Shown here piece by piece: positions 13,601 to 28,200 of a stretch of 64,000 nt of DNA. A program made the position numbers and the translations under genes. The notes beneath the pieces were generated by a model. The model was not told where the DNA came from, ran no database searches, and saw only the letters and a list, made by a program, of their open reading frames with translations. The stretch is from contig JALJEE010002162.1 in the NCBI GenBank assembly GCA_023231475.1, positions 1-64,000 of the forward strand, written 5' to 3'. The DNA is from Seison nebaliae. Its lineage: Eukaryota. Within the stretch, counting starts at the first letter, position 1. Each line of letters starts with the position of its first letter.

Positions 13601-14867
13601 TGAGAGGAATGAAATATGCCAATTATCGAGCAGTTCGTTTGACAAGAAATAATCTTTTTTAGGAGGAAGATGAAATGGAGAGAAAGAGAAGAGAAGAGAA
13701 GATGAAGGTCTGAAATAGCAGAGTTGATGATCCAGAAGAGAATGATGGCAATTGGAAATGAAGAATACTAATAAATGATGGCAATGATGGGAAAAATTAA
13801 TGAATTATTATTAGTTCGTGTTGTTGATGAATGGTGAGGAATCGGAGCATAATTATTAAATTTTTGGAATAATAAATAATTTATGAAAATAATGTAATAG
13901 AATTGAAGAATAACAAATGATGAATAATGATTAATAATCATGAGAATGATAATGATGATAATGATGATCAACACAACAAATTTTCCGAAGAAGAACATAT
14001 GGATGAAGTGAGAGAATGATTGATGAAAACGAATAAATAATGAGAATAGCAACATCTAATTGATCACATATTATTAATATTTATCTCTTTATTTATCGAA
14101 ACAAATTCTTGAACTATTAAATATCGTTCCATTGAAATCTTTTTTTTTTCATTAATTTTCATTTATTTCTCTCATTAAAAATACTTTTTTCAAATCATTC
14201 ATTCTCTTCATTCATTTCATGTGACACTCAAACATATTCCTCCCCTCCACTCTACAATTCCATACACACATATCAACAACAACAATCATGACATAGACTT
14301 ACGTCATTCTGTATATTTCAACTGAAATAATAAACATATTCGTATTCCTCTCTTCTACACATTCTCTCCCAATAAAAAACACTAATAATTGTTCCAGACC
14401 TTGTTGTTGGTTTGTGCTCTCGTAATAATGGATGTCGTTATTGTTGCCGTTGTTGTTGTTGATAGAGAATGAAAATGGAAGTGATGGAAAAAGAAATGAA
14501 TATAATTGGGAGAAGAAATGAAATATAATCTCATAAATTGATGAACAAAATAAATGGAGCAGAAGGAAGAAGTTCCGTGTTCAGATCTTTCGTTCTTCCG
14601 ATGCTCTCAACGTCTTCCCATATAATTAATATATATGACTAAATAATCAGGTGAATGGTGAAGAGCGATGTGTGAGAAAGGTATAAATCATATTCGTTTT
14701 AGAAAAGTAATTGTTTAGTAACGAATTCTACTAATCCGTTGTGTCTTTGTTCTCCTCTCCATCCGACCAAGACGTGCTCGAAATGACGACTAGACTTACA
14801 ATGATTTGATTTGGAATTGTTGATGGGATATCGTCTACAATGAATTGATCGATGGAGTAATAACTGT

Positions 14868-14912
14868 CTGACTGCCTGACTGCCTGACTGCCTGACTGAC
14901 TGAATGAATGAA
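14868..14912. repeat. Octamer tandem (CTGACTGC)n grading into (TGAA)n
   Basis: ctgactgcctgactgcctgactgcctgactgactgaatgaatgaat. Confidence 0.85.
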
Positions 14913-17909
14913 TCAATCAAACATTTCATTCAATCCCAATAAATAATTGAACAGAAAACTATTCGATATATTGATGCAGAATTACGTATTATTGTTATGA
15001 ATTGAATTATTCCACCATTCTTTAGTCTTCGGCTAGCTATAGTTAGTAAGCGAATAAGTAAATGAATGGCTGAGTGGGCGAATAAAGTTTTTTTATTTCA
15101 ATTCTTTCTTCTTATTCTTTTTTCGTTCACTTAATTACGTTATAATGGAATAATTTTCTGAAATTCTTTAGGAATATATGAGAACGAATTTATAATTATA
15201 ACATGCACAGACATACTGATTATGATTATACATCGTGTGTGAATCAGTTGAAGGATCTGGTTGAATTGACGTTTCAGAAGGATTATTAGAAATGACTACA
15301 AAGATTCTATTATGGATTACTAATGAGAAGAAAGAAGACGAATAGAATTAGTAGTTTAAATTTCAAAAAAACTGCTGTTTGATCTGATGGGAGAAATTAT
15401 AAAAAACTATAAAATCCTCCAAGAGAATTTCTCTTTCAATTCTTTTCTAATCTCACCTTCCACCAAACATTTTCCCCCAATGATCGTTTGAGGGGAACAT
15501 GAGAAGGAAAACTTCACCAATCGATCATACTCGGCCTTACTCGGTTCGACGAAGGGCCGAAGGTCCGGCTAAATCAAACGGACCATAACGTAGAGACAAA
15601 TAGAAGTTGATGGAAGCGTGATGAAATAATAGCGGAATATTTACGATACTTCGCGTCTACGTTAATTTGACAATACCATGAAATGATTGACAGAAATATT
15701 GTGAAGATTCCTTCTCTCCGGTTTCCATTCGATAATAGTTTATTTACTCGTTCAGAAGTGGATGATATATGCAATCGGACATGCATTATCGAACCATTTA
15801 TCCTTTATAATACATTTACAAATCTTTCATCATTCGAATTATCTCATCTGACCACTATATACTTCTCACGAAACATATGGATAGAGACCCTTAATCATAT
15901 CATAAATCTGAACGAAATATGGAGATAACAATGAATGGTGTATGTGAATAGTTAGAATGTGAAGTGGTGAATGAAAAATAATAATTCATATCGACCATGA
16001 GCATAGAGAATAAGAAGGAATGACTTCAGTTAAATAATTGATGACAGCTCAATCTCCAGTCGACATCTACTTCGTTATGATCTTTTCTAAAAGGAAACTA
16101 AATCATTTAAATGCATTCATATACATCATAAATAAAATATTGTTTCATTCAGATATTGTCGATAAGATTTCGATTGAATAAATTCAACGTTTATAATCAT
16201 ATTAGGATCTTCTGAGATCGTTCGAATTGGTACAACATTGTTTCTTCGATGTGCTTCATTCCATGAAATTCATGGATTATATTAGTATTCCATTTCTCTT
16301 TCACAATTAACGTTCTTCAACTACCTATACCTAATTCATTAATCAATTAACCCGTTGAGTTGAAGAGCGCTTTGCAATTCATTTCAACTTCTAATCAATC
16401 AATATATCCATTTACGATATGAGACTAGTGAATCTTGTTGAGGAAGTGATGAGGAACGTTCTATTTACAAATTGGATGAGAAAGCACAAATTAAACATTT
16501 GTCGAATTGCCAAAAGTTCTGGGTAAGTGAACGATGTTATGGTTGTTAAGGATGAGATGCGATCGACCCAATACTTTTTCAATTGAACGTTACTAAATGC
16601 CACCGATTGTTATCTGTTCGAATATGTAACAATTGTAAGGGGGGAAATGAGAGCAGTAAATCATCTTCAAACTGTTATGCATTGTATTTCATTCATCGCA
16701 CATCAGATGGATGATATGATTCTTTATGCATAATATAAATTTATTTGTTATTTATTCCGTCTTCTTCTTTGCCACTCTTCCGGGAGGTAGGAAATACAGA
16801 GCATATCTATTCTAAGACGGAACAGATAGATTCTATTTTCATTGCATCATCTTCCCTTCGTTGCCGCTTATCGGACAGCGAGTTATCATAATCATGATGC
16901 TGATAATGGTGATCGTTAGAAAGACTATGGAATATAAATCAGACTAATATATCCATTTTCATTAACTCAATCATCTACCGACAACATATATATATTTATA
17001 GAAATAAATCTCTTACATATACTCCTCGTCTATCTCGTGGAATGGAAGAGATTCAACTCATCAAACTTTAGACAACTCACTAATCAAGTAACGAGTAGCA
17101 CGAGAAATAGAAGCACGAATGATAAATAGGTGAATGAATGGTGGAACTAATATTATATAAATCTCTCTTCCAATCCATTTGTCATTAAACAAACACTTAT
17201 TTGACTGACGTCAGAACATGTTTGGGAAAATTCCTCTTCCTAACGTAACGATAGAAAGACGGTAAAGGAACAGTAGAGAAATGATTTGGTGGTCCTTCTC
17301 TTAGAAAAGTTCTCTAGCAAACCTGAAATGAAATAGCCACATCTTTTATATGTTGTACTTCGGTTCTTTTTCTTTCGAGGACACCAACCAACCAACTACA
17401 CAACATTCCTATCTGACATTCTCTAAAATTGTTGGTTGGACCTCGAGAATTTGTCTCCTCAATCGAACATCTTCTCGAAGTAAATAAGAGATTGCAATTC
17501 ATCACTTTCATCCCACCATCAAATCGTGTATGATTCCGACAAATAAATTTGGGAAATCATTCTCGTTCACTTTACCCCAATTCTCAGTAACGAATCGTGA
17601 TATTTGAAAGGAATGGTGAAGATTAACGGTCGAAAATTACCAGTTGACGAAATGTCAACAGCCAAGTGGAGAATGGGCGCACCAAACGAGCCTCATAAAC
17701 ATACACATCTTCATCATAAGAAATAAAGGAATGTCTCATTGATGAAACGTATACATATATTTCACGAATGTATTTTCTTATTTTTACTTCAATTAAGAAT
17801 CATCGTACAGATCACTTGAAGAAGACGAAAGAAAAGAAAATGATGTCATTACATTTCTTCAATTATGTAACAAAAATGTTTCTCTTCTTCTCTCGTCGAT
17901 ACACTCGTA

Positions 17910-17958
17910 CACGCACACACACGCACACAAACACACACACACACACACACACACACAT
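17910..17958. repeat. (CA)n microsatellite
   Basis: Direct reading. Confidence 0.9.
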
Positions 17959-20900
17959 ATGGATATATCTAGAATATGATACATCGATTTGATACATAGA
18001 CACACTCAACCATTAACTACTCAATCGACGACTACTAGTCGTAATATATTGACATATTTTTCAGTTAGGTTGTAGATGCCACTTTTATGATAACGATTGT
18101 CATCGACATTTCCATGACCATCATCATCGCCATTATTTGGAAGAGAATAAATAATTCATTTAGTAATATCGCCTTCCCAACATTTCAGGAGGAGAATGAT
18201 GGAAGGAGGGAGAGAAGGAGAAGTTATTCTTCTATTTGTTCTTTGGAAATTGATCGATATCGATTCTTAACAGAAATGTATTTTCCTCCTTCCGTTTTCT
18301 ATCAGTGAATAAATATGAGAAAATTAATTAAATTTCTTCAACTTCCATCCCCGACCGAGATGAGATAATGTAGGAGGAAGAATTAGAAATTCTTCTGTAA
18401 CCAATTCTCTTCGTTTTGACAGAAGAGATATAGAGGAAGGTTAATAATAATGATTTGCTTTTAATTCTTCTATATTCAATCATTCAGGCCAATTATCTGT
18501 TCTTAAGTACATTCCATTCCATATATTTCTTCTATTTTTTCTAATTATTTAATTAATTAATTTAATTCTCTTTAATATGATTATATCCAAGAGATTTCGA
18601 ACTAATTGTTAATCTCCCGATTATATCAAGTCTTTGAAAGTTCCGTACGAACTTCCATTTCTTGATTATGATGTGAATAATTTGATGAAATGTTGAAGTT
18701 CTTATCAACACATCAATCAACAGTTTTCACTCATTAACCAATTTGATAATCTCAAAATGAAATTTTTATTTGTCATTCCAATTGGATATGATGGAGGAGA
18801 AATTTATTCCTAATGATAACTTTCCAGCACACACGAAAGCGAATTCTCCAACCTTTCTCCTTCCTCCAACATCGAATGTCGTCGCGTTTCCACTAAAATC
18901 TTAATTTTGACTCATGGAAAGCAGGAGGACATTTTGATGGGAAGAAATGGTTTTATTTATTTGCTAATTGTTCGTGATTGAGATAAAAGGAAATAAATTA
19001 TTTTGCCCATTATCGGACCCAGATTGGAGATAATGGTGGAATAGGTTTAAAGAATTTAAAGAAAGCAATCGAAGAAGAAGATGGAAGGAATGACAGAATG
19101 TTTACTGATAATGGCGAACAAATAATCGGAAACAGATCACATTATGAATGATCATTATCAATTCATCTAATTAAATATTGATCACTTTCTCAATATGGAG
19201 ATTGGAATGGTCAACGGAAGATTCGTCTCGCTTCCACATTCTTTTTCTTCATATTCCAATGTCAACGGGATAGTACATGAAATTGAAATAAAGTTGTCCT
19301 CTCTACGAGTCAATTGCATTTTCATCCAAATATCTATTCTCACTAACAATGGCTTTTCCTCCTCAATCTGCCAATATCTCCCAAATGCAGCGTTGATTGA
19401 ACCATCGGAGATATGGATCGTTCCGATATTTCCATCCATTCCTTCGCACATATATCACTAATTCATGAGAGTGATTCATCAGAAATTAACTGTATGATCA
19501 TCCACTGGATCTTATCCGGTTCCTACGACGATGTACGATATGTCTTCTCCTATGAGAAACAATAGTAACAATCCATCAAGAAAACATAAATGTAATATCA
19601 TCGAATAGTATAACTTATACTGTATAAGAAGGAGAATTGGAGGAATCATGCCATTCCAATAAGCATTCTCTTCTAAGCAAATCTAAGCAAAACCTAAGGA
19701 AAATATGCGAATAGTCGTAGCTGTAAATTAGAAGAAATTATGGAACAAATAACTTCTTATCACCGACTCCTTTTATTATTATTCTTTGTTTATAAATATT
19801 CATTTTCTACTACTCTTCCCCCTCTTCCCCTTTTGTCCTTTCTACGAATTCATGTCGACCGATATTCATTAAAAATTCTTGAATAATAATAAGCTTCTTA
19901 TACATTTCCACTTTCAATTTTCAAAACTAAAATTCTAGTTGATAATATCATAGAGGATATTTTGAAGAGTGAAATAGATAATTTGAAGATAACAAGGCAA
20001 TCCCTTCTTAATCTGACCAATTAATAGAAAATGAAGATTCTACAACATTCCAATTATTCAAATTTTGAAACTTTCAACTTGAAAAAGGGAAGTTTATTAA
20101 ACTCTGATAATTAAGAAAATTAAAAAGATATGATGTCATTTCAATAGAAATATGATTACGGATTATCGGTATTCGTGCAGCTCCTTCCATTAACATCAAA
20201 TTTATCGAGGTTGTTCCAATGATTCCAATGAGAATTCTAATGAATATTATTCGACTCATTTTAACATTTCTAAACGAATAACTCGACCAACCGATATCAT
20301 TCATTCATCTTTATCATTCTCATGCGCAACATTCATAATTGGAACAAATACCATTAGTGTTCCCCCCACTTCGAAAGTGCACAAAATTCAGTTACTCTCC
20401 CTAATCAGAACTTGGTAGTTAAAAAAATGTGCAAGTGGAAATCTTAATTTGTAGAGATGTCATTTTTAAAATGAAATTTATAATTTCTAATTTAGAAGAG
20501 AAGTTCCTTCCGAAAGAATGAACACTTCACCAATCTATCATTCGAACATTTTCAATAACGTCATTATATTGACATTGGAGAGACAAGTATTAGAATTCGG
20601 AGGAAGGATTTATTGGAAATTTTCAAAAACGAATGACATTTGAAAAAGCATAAAAGAGGAATATGTTTAGGAGGAAATTTCAATGATTTCTTTCTTCCAT
20701 TAATCACATACGGTTTCAATATTGAGTCACATCATTTGGTTAAGTAATGGAAAGTTATATATGTTTGACATACATCGACATATATCGCTCTGAACATTCA
20801 AAGTTGCTACGAACGATTTTGGATAAAAATCGAAAAAGAATTCTCAGTTTTACTTCGGAATATACTCTGATTGCAATACCATGATCATTAATTTTCCTAA

Positions 20901-23900
20901 TTACAAAATCATTACAAGTTTTAAGAAATTATTTCTATTAAAATTCTCCATTTTTATTTTCTTCCGTCGTAATTAATTCTTCTCCAAGGTTTCTTTCCCC
21001 AAATGAATCAATTGATGATACTTCAACCGGTTGAGTTTTACAAATATTTAGTTTATGATGTGTCTACTTGATATCGGCCTAATGTTTATTAAAATGCACG
21101 ATTAGCCTGACTAATTTAGTTAGTTTCAATCAAGTAGAATTTACATGGAAAGTCGGTCGGGTGGCCGATATTTCAACATTTCATTTCGCCTCATATTCTT
21201 TTCAATAAAGATTTCCACTCGCTTTGCAGACCCGGAGTCATTTCAGATTCCATATAAGAAAGACGGAAAATGTATAAGGACGGAAAAGACCCTTAATGAT
21301 TGTATAATATATTTTATTAATTTATTGGTCATTTCAAATGAGAAACATTTTCGTTAAATTTCGATTTAAAACTATCAGTAATACGATCTCAATATCAAAT
21401 CAACTATCTAATACTTATTACGACGAGTGTCGTTTAGTGACATTGAGTGAATGAATTATGAAAGTTTTGTGTTTCAAAAATATCGATCGCGATACTCGAA
21501 TGATTATTTGGAATGTGAAGACATAAATATGTTGAACGAATATGATAAGTTGCACGAAAGAATTACATGACCGAACAAAGAATGTCGACGATGTTCTTTT
21601 GTAGGACGAAAATGATTTAGAACAAATTTATCGGAAATGTGCACAAACGAATGAAACGAGTGTTATTGGTAATTCCCTCCAATTCTTTCGAGTATGATAT
21701 GTCCACTGGTTTTTATGTTTCCTCTAAAAGAGAGGATAAACATGTACCAAGACAAGTTGATAGATGTGCACAATTGAATCGAAGTTGGACGAATAAGAAT
21801 TTCAGTTGATGAGTCAATATGAGAGATTTGCTTAAAAAAGAAGTTTGAGAAGAGTTTGATAATGAACGGTAGAAGAGAGAGTGTATTAATCAAAAATCAC
21901 ATTAATAATGCATAATAACATCGAATAAAATAAATAATTAATTAATAAATGTTTCGTTCGCTAATATTCAAAATATTCATCTCCAGATGCTTCCAATGTG
22001 TTCAAAGTGAAATTCGAATAACAATTTTGGAATTGATAAGACGAGGAGGAGAATATACTAATCAAATACAGGTAGAATATCGGATAACTGTAAGAAGTGC
22101 GTGCATCATCATTATCGACAACTATCTTATTAATAACACATAATTATTTGTCACTGACAAATTGTCGAAAAGAAAAATTACAAATGATTATTAACTTATA
22201 AATAACATTGTTCTTGTCAATATTAACTGAAACACTTCCAATTCTTTCATTTCTATTTTAATCATTTTCCTTTTAAATTTGAAAAGATGTTGCGGAGGAA
22301 GTTATGTAGGAAGAGATTTGCACTTGAATTGTAAGAAGCGTTTCGTCGATAAATTATCGGATATAAACTTTATTTTCCATATTATAAAGTCGAGAGAAGG
22401 AGAATGTTTAGAAAAGATATTGTTTTTTGGACAGGACGAACTTAATGAAAGTTTAGAGTTAGAAAGATAATTCAATAAAATGACGATGATAGAAATGTTG
22501 ATATGGGGGGAGACTTGAATGTTTCCCTCATTTCCACTTAATGACATTAAGTTCCATACGTTTCTCATCCGTTGAAGATTTATGAAGAATTCTTATCTTG
22601 CTACGTAGAATGTTGCAATTCATAAGAAATCGGCCTTTACATAATGAAGACGATATGTTCTTAAGGAGTAGTTTAAACTTCTTTCCATCAAAATAAGCGT
22701 CCATTCATTCATTTTATTATACAAATATGCATCACTTCTTTTATCGTCAATTGATGGAAGAAGACGAACAAAAATATGCTGCAATTGAAATCGGGAAATA
22801 ATCTTTGAAAAAGATTTACGTTGAATTTCCTCTGTTTCTTTCTAAATTCTACATAAGTACAAGTCATCGATCGATAATACCGAAAAGGTTGATGGAGATT
22901 TCCCGTATAAAATCGATTTTGTATTACTAATCGGAAAATTTCTTATTGCTAAAACCACTGCTCCGTAAAAATTCAATAAACAACAACATCGATGACATCA
23001 TTCACACAATTGCACTGGACTTATTAAATTTGTTTTACATATAAAATTTTGTGTTGTAGAAAGTCTCGATTTGAAAATCATTATACATTGTTGTACTGTA
23101 ACATATGACGACATATTATAAAACTTCTAACCACAAACCATTATGAATAATTTCAAGGAACAAGCAGCTCCATTTGATCCACAATAAAATTTGTAGATGA
23201 ACATGACGTCATTCAATATGTATTAGATTTACGCCGTATAAAAATACTCTAATCTGGCCATGTATTCTTTTGGTCTAACTCGACTTTTGTTCTAATATTA
23301 CGAAACAATTTATTTACATTATTTTTGTGAATTTTCCGCAGTGCATAATCAGTCAATGAAAGACTTCCAATTGGAAATATGCTGATAAACTTCAAGTAGG
23401 ATGAGTGCATACCATTCACATATTGCACTTGGTCGTGGGTGCGTTCCCAAGAACAATTCTGCCCGTCTCATCAATTATTTCGCGGATATATTTCCTCTGT
23501 CATAATTTACCCATATTAGGATTGTGTTCAAATAAATACTAATAATAAATGATAAAATTTATTAATTATTAAAATATCTTTCTAATTCAAACTTTAACGT
23601 GGATTGGAAGTGAATTGTATAATAACTAGACTCTAGTTCTTACTTATATTTTTGTTTATTCTAATGAAATGACTCTCGGCAAATGAAGTGAAATAAGTTT
23701 CAAGAAAGAATAATAGATAATTTCCGTTGTGTTCTATTATTTAATTTATGCTAATAATTTTTCGAATAATTATAATGAACTGGAAGGAAAATAATTATGA
23801 ATCGACAAACGAAAACAAACTATGAATATCTGCAAAGAGGATGAAGGACATAAAGATAGACAAAGAATATTTCCAGTAACACCCAACCTCATCATAATCA

Positions 23901-24866
23901 CGACATACATGTTCATGTATTATTCTATGACCCTTTGTTTAAAGTTCCTCGAAGTTCCATTCAGTAAACAATATTACGCAATATTTAGATTAGATCCCAT
24001 GGATATATTTTAATTTAAGACAATTCTAGCCTTTTGTTTACTACTTTAGGACAGTTCGACAACGTTTTTCTAATTATTTTCAAAAATAAGAAATTTCCAA
24101 ACAGTATCTTTATCGATGAGAAAGAAATATGACGAAATACGATGGCGGTAAGTGATACGAAGTTGAAAATGGCGAAAAGAAAAAGACGGTTGCATCTATT
24201 GAAACAGATCATCTTTCTAATAAGCCGATGGTTGACCCGATCAATCGACAGAGAGTACAGTGGTAATATTTAAACGAATGTCTAATAAAGATTGTTAAAT
24301 TAAGAATTTAGAAATTATTAATCATAGTTATGACTAACCAATATCGAAAAATGATATAAAATATTTTCGTAAGAATTATTTTAAATTATAATGACGAAAA
24401 ATTATATTAACGATTATATTAAAGATAATTTACACTTTACCCTATGGGGATTCTGCGTCTTAATAATAAAAAAAATTAAAGATCAAAATTATAAAGAAAA
24501 TAAGAACTTTGTTAGAAGCTGTATCTCTCCTATCTATCCTTCCTATTAGATAAGAATAGTCTATGGATATTCTGGACCGTTTTCAAAAACAAAACCTTAA
24601 AATGTTTATTCATTAAGTTTAAGAACATTTCATTTAAAATGATCAGTTTTAAACAGGTACATTTCAATTTCACAATAATAAACAAATCAGTTAAAATACG
24701 ATTAATGCCAAGATCAGTAAATGTCTCACACAAAAAAACATCCGCAAGAAACATTCAAAGTTAACACAATAATTATAATGATTATTATCTTAAATGACAT
24801 GGCGATCGTCAGTCTACTGAATGTCAGTATGTTTTTGACGAACAGATAACGATTTGCATAATAATA

Positions 24867-25212
24867 GGAATCACGTTGATTTCGTCACCCTTAGATTTGC
24901 TCAGCATTTTTTTCTAGATTCGGACAGTTCGTGGCTTTTAAAACGGACAGTTCGTCACCTTGTTTTCCTAAAAACGGTGATTTCGTCACCCTGTTTTCCT
25001 AAAAACGGTGATTTCGTCACCCTTATAATAAGAATGAATGTCACCGAATTTATTGAAAAGGGGGACGAAATCACCGTTTTTAAGGAAAAAAGGCGACGAA
25101 ATCACTGTTTTTAACAGAACAGGGTAACGAACTGTCCGTTTGAAAAGCGACGGTATCCCAATCTGGAAAAAAATGGTGAGCAAATCTAAGGGTGACGAAA
25201 TCACCGCGCACC
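24867..25212. mobile_element. Non-autonomous foldback/MITE-like DNA transposon (346 bp) with long imperfect inverted arms and ~31-bp internal subrepeats
   Basis: Left arm tgatttcgtcacccttagatttgctcagcatttttttctagatt mirrors right arm aatctggaaaaaaatggtgagcaaatctaagggtgacgaaatca. Tandem unit tgttttcctaaaaacggtgatttcgtcaccc at 24961 and 24992. GG...CC termini flanked by aataata / aataaga. Confidence 0.85.
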
Positions 25213-28200
25213 AATAAGAGTTCTATTAATAAATTATTTAGAATGTGAGAAATTTTATCGTTAATTGAAAAAATTGTTAAGAATTTACATAATCCCTAAC
25301 CAACAGTGATTGTTGTTAAGTGGAAGAAGAACCTGGATGGTGGAAGATTCACATTTTGTGGAATTCTATTAAAACCTGAAGGAAAGTATGAATAATCAAA
25401 CTGAATAATGATTGTATGAATAAGCGTAAGGATGTCCACTAACTAAAAGAAGTAGATACATGTCGGATTATTATTGACGTGAAGATCCATCGAAGAAGTA
25501 TAAGAAAAAAGAATTTGCACAGAAATATTGTCAAAGAGTGGAAGAAGAAGAAGAACAGTAAATTGAAAAAGAAAAATTACCTCTAATGCAGATTTGATCT
25601 GATAATCATTTGGAAATTGTAAAGTATAATTTATAGTATAAGGCAATTATCCATTATTGATGGACAAATAACCTTCAGTCGACATTACCATAGTGATCAG
25701 TTGGATGATCCATGTCAAATCAATTCTCTCAACTCAATACAGCTAGACAATGATCATTCAAACTAAATTGGAGATTCGGCTGATAATAATATTTAGTTGA
25801 TGAATAAACGTCAAAATAAACCGTATTTGATGATTTTCAATAGGTTCTTTTTATTAATAAGTGGAGAACGAATAATGCATAGGAATGAATCAGATTTTCC
25901 GTTTGCTTCTAATTGGAAACAAGAGAATTTTATAACGATAAACAATAATATTTTAACGTCGAAGGAAAATATTCTCAAATTCATCTCTTTCGTGTTCATT
26001 TTCAAACTTGCGATTTGATTGACACTTTTTTATTTTCGAACCAAAATAACTTTTCTTCTTTTCATTCGATATGGTCTATATGGTATGTCTGTAGAGTTTA
26101 TGACATGGATACTTTCTTTCTTAAAGTCAATACATAGGAAATACTTAATCATGAAACTTACCTAATAAATGCTTGAAAATGCTATTAAATTAGGCGAACT
26201 TCTTTCCGTTGTTATGACGACGGATAATGTTTCATTCATTCTTATCTTTTATTTGATAGAAAAATTTTTTACATTCCCATCAGTTCAAGATATGAAATTT
26301 TTCTTCTTAATTTTCATATTAGTATAGAACATTTAAGAATAATTGATGAATTACGTATTTATCTTTAACGAATTATTAATTTTATTAATTCATTAGGATC
26401 ACACAAATATGAAATCATCATATAAAATCGTCAATAAATTTAATTATCTCTAACTCTAATTATGAGATCACATGCTGATTGACGAACGATTGACTTGTCT
26501 CCGATCATAATTTTTTAAGAATAATATTTAACTTCAATAAACTTCGAATATTGATTGACGGAATATTTATTATGTACATTATTATATGTTTATAATATTT
26601 TGCTATATTTTCGAAATTAGTTCGAAAGGATGAGAGAAAATATAGTACTATTTTGAATGAGAGAAGAGTGTTAATTGAATAAAGTTGTAAGTAGATAAGG
26701 TAAATAGTGGGAGAATGAAACCTAACCGAATAAAACCGAATGCTCTTAATTTCAACTCAACTAACAACGAAGGTTAGAGGTGAAAGTTATTCAACAGACA
26801 ACTAGTTTTTGTTGACGTACAAATGACTCATGTTAATGGGAGACAGAGTTGTCAGAAATATTTAATCGCAATCAATTACCATATGGCAACTGTCATTATG
26901 TAATACGTCATTGTTGTATTCTGTTATGTTTTATGAGATAATACTACATCTCTTATTCATTGTGCACATAATGCATATTAGTTTATTTCAATTATTTTTC
27001 GACATATCTTCCACATTTTCCATGAGGTCATCAACCGGAGGAATAAGAAGAACACTTAATTTCTTGACATCCGATTCCTAGTACTGGTATAGGATGTTTG
27101 TGAAACATATTCAGATGGATGGAAATTAGAGTCAAATTAATAATCTCACTAACTAATTGAACATCTAATCGTTTTGAAAGAGTTTAATCATATCGGTCAA
27201 TCATTTTCCAGAAACGTTTCTTCTTTGGAACCTTATTATTTAATCATTTTACATTGGCGCATTATCTATCGACATTTATCACATTATCTCATATTTAAAA
27301 TAAAACATTATCAATTATTTTATTATTATTGTGAGAGAAAGAGAAAGGTTTCTTATGACGTTCATATGACAATATTACTTCCCAAATAATCTTCTGTTGA
27401 CATGTATTCGTCTTACATACATATACGTCATTCATCTGAATATGTATGATAAGTCGCCATTCTCCACACTTTCTCCTAATCATTTTCTAATGATGTAACA
27501 ATATTCTTTCTCTCATTATTGTTTGTTCGTGCATACTTTCTCCTTTCCATTCTCTCCTAATGCACTCTCTCAACGTAGTGAGTTGAACGGAGAAAATGTT
27601 TTTCGTCGTTTCTAATAGTTTTCTCCCTCATCTACTCCACGTCCGCCATACTTCCAGCATATACTCATCATGTAGTAGACATACGTATGTATGTCGAGAT
27701 TGACGTGCGAAGTATACAGAGTGATAAGTGTACTTGTAAAACTTTACGATATGTACATCCTGTCGAGAATGAAAAATTATATGGCTTGGAGAAATGATGT
27801 ATTCCTTAAAAGAATTAGCGCTCAAAAAGAAACAGTAACATTAGACACTTCTTTTGCAATACTAAAGATATATATCATCCACTCTTTCTCCTACTCTGCG
27901 AGTGATAATATTCTTAATATGTCCGATATGTTAATTTGATGTGGATGGGAATCGATTCGACTTCATAAATTAATGCGAGTTTTAATCAAATTCTCTTATT
28001 TCCAACAGTTCGCTACGAGTAATTTTATTAAAATGAATCATACCAACGCAGCAAATTTACGATGCACTATCATCTCCTTGACTGATGAAGAAATTATGTT
28101 TCTTTTCTTATCTCTTCCAATAATTTCACATATTAATATTTACACATAGAGAAACATCTATATCATCAATATCACCATTATCTAGATAGTCTGGTTTGAA

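Noticed and set aside
15520..15600. Resemblance to the U2 snRNA 5' end (CTCGGCCTT...GGCTAA.ATCAA)
   Set aside because: No GTGTAGTA branch-recognition sequence and no Sm site.
19182..19461. Overlapping 88-89 aa ORFs on both strands
   Set aside because: No recognisable homology and no consistent splice path to neighbouring exons.
23395..23445. miR-92-like seed TATTGCACTT with a partial upstream complement
   Set aside because: Only ~10 bp pair and the 3' part does not match miR-92; not a valid pre-miRNA.
24947..25135. Regularly spaced ~31-bp repeats as a CRISPR-like array
   Set aside because: No unique spacers, the units invert across the centre, the context is eukaryotic and there are no cas genes. 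Explained by the MITE.
28075..28115. CTGATGA followed by a short stem, as a hammerhead ribozyme core
   Set aside because: The required GAAA after stem II and the flanking helices are missing.
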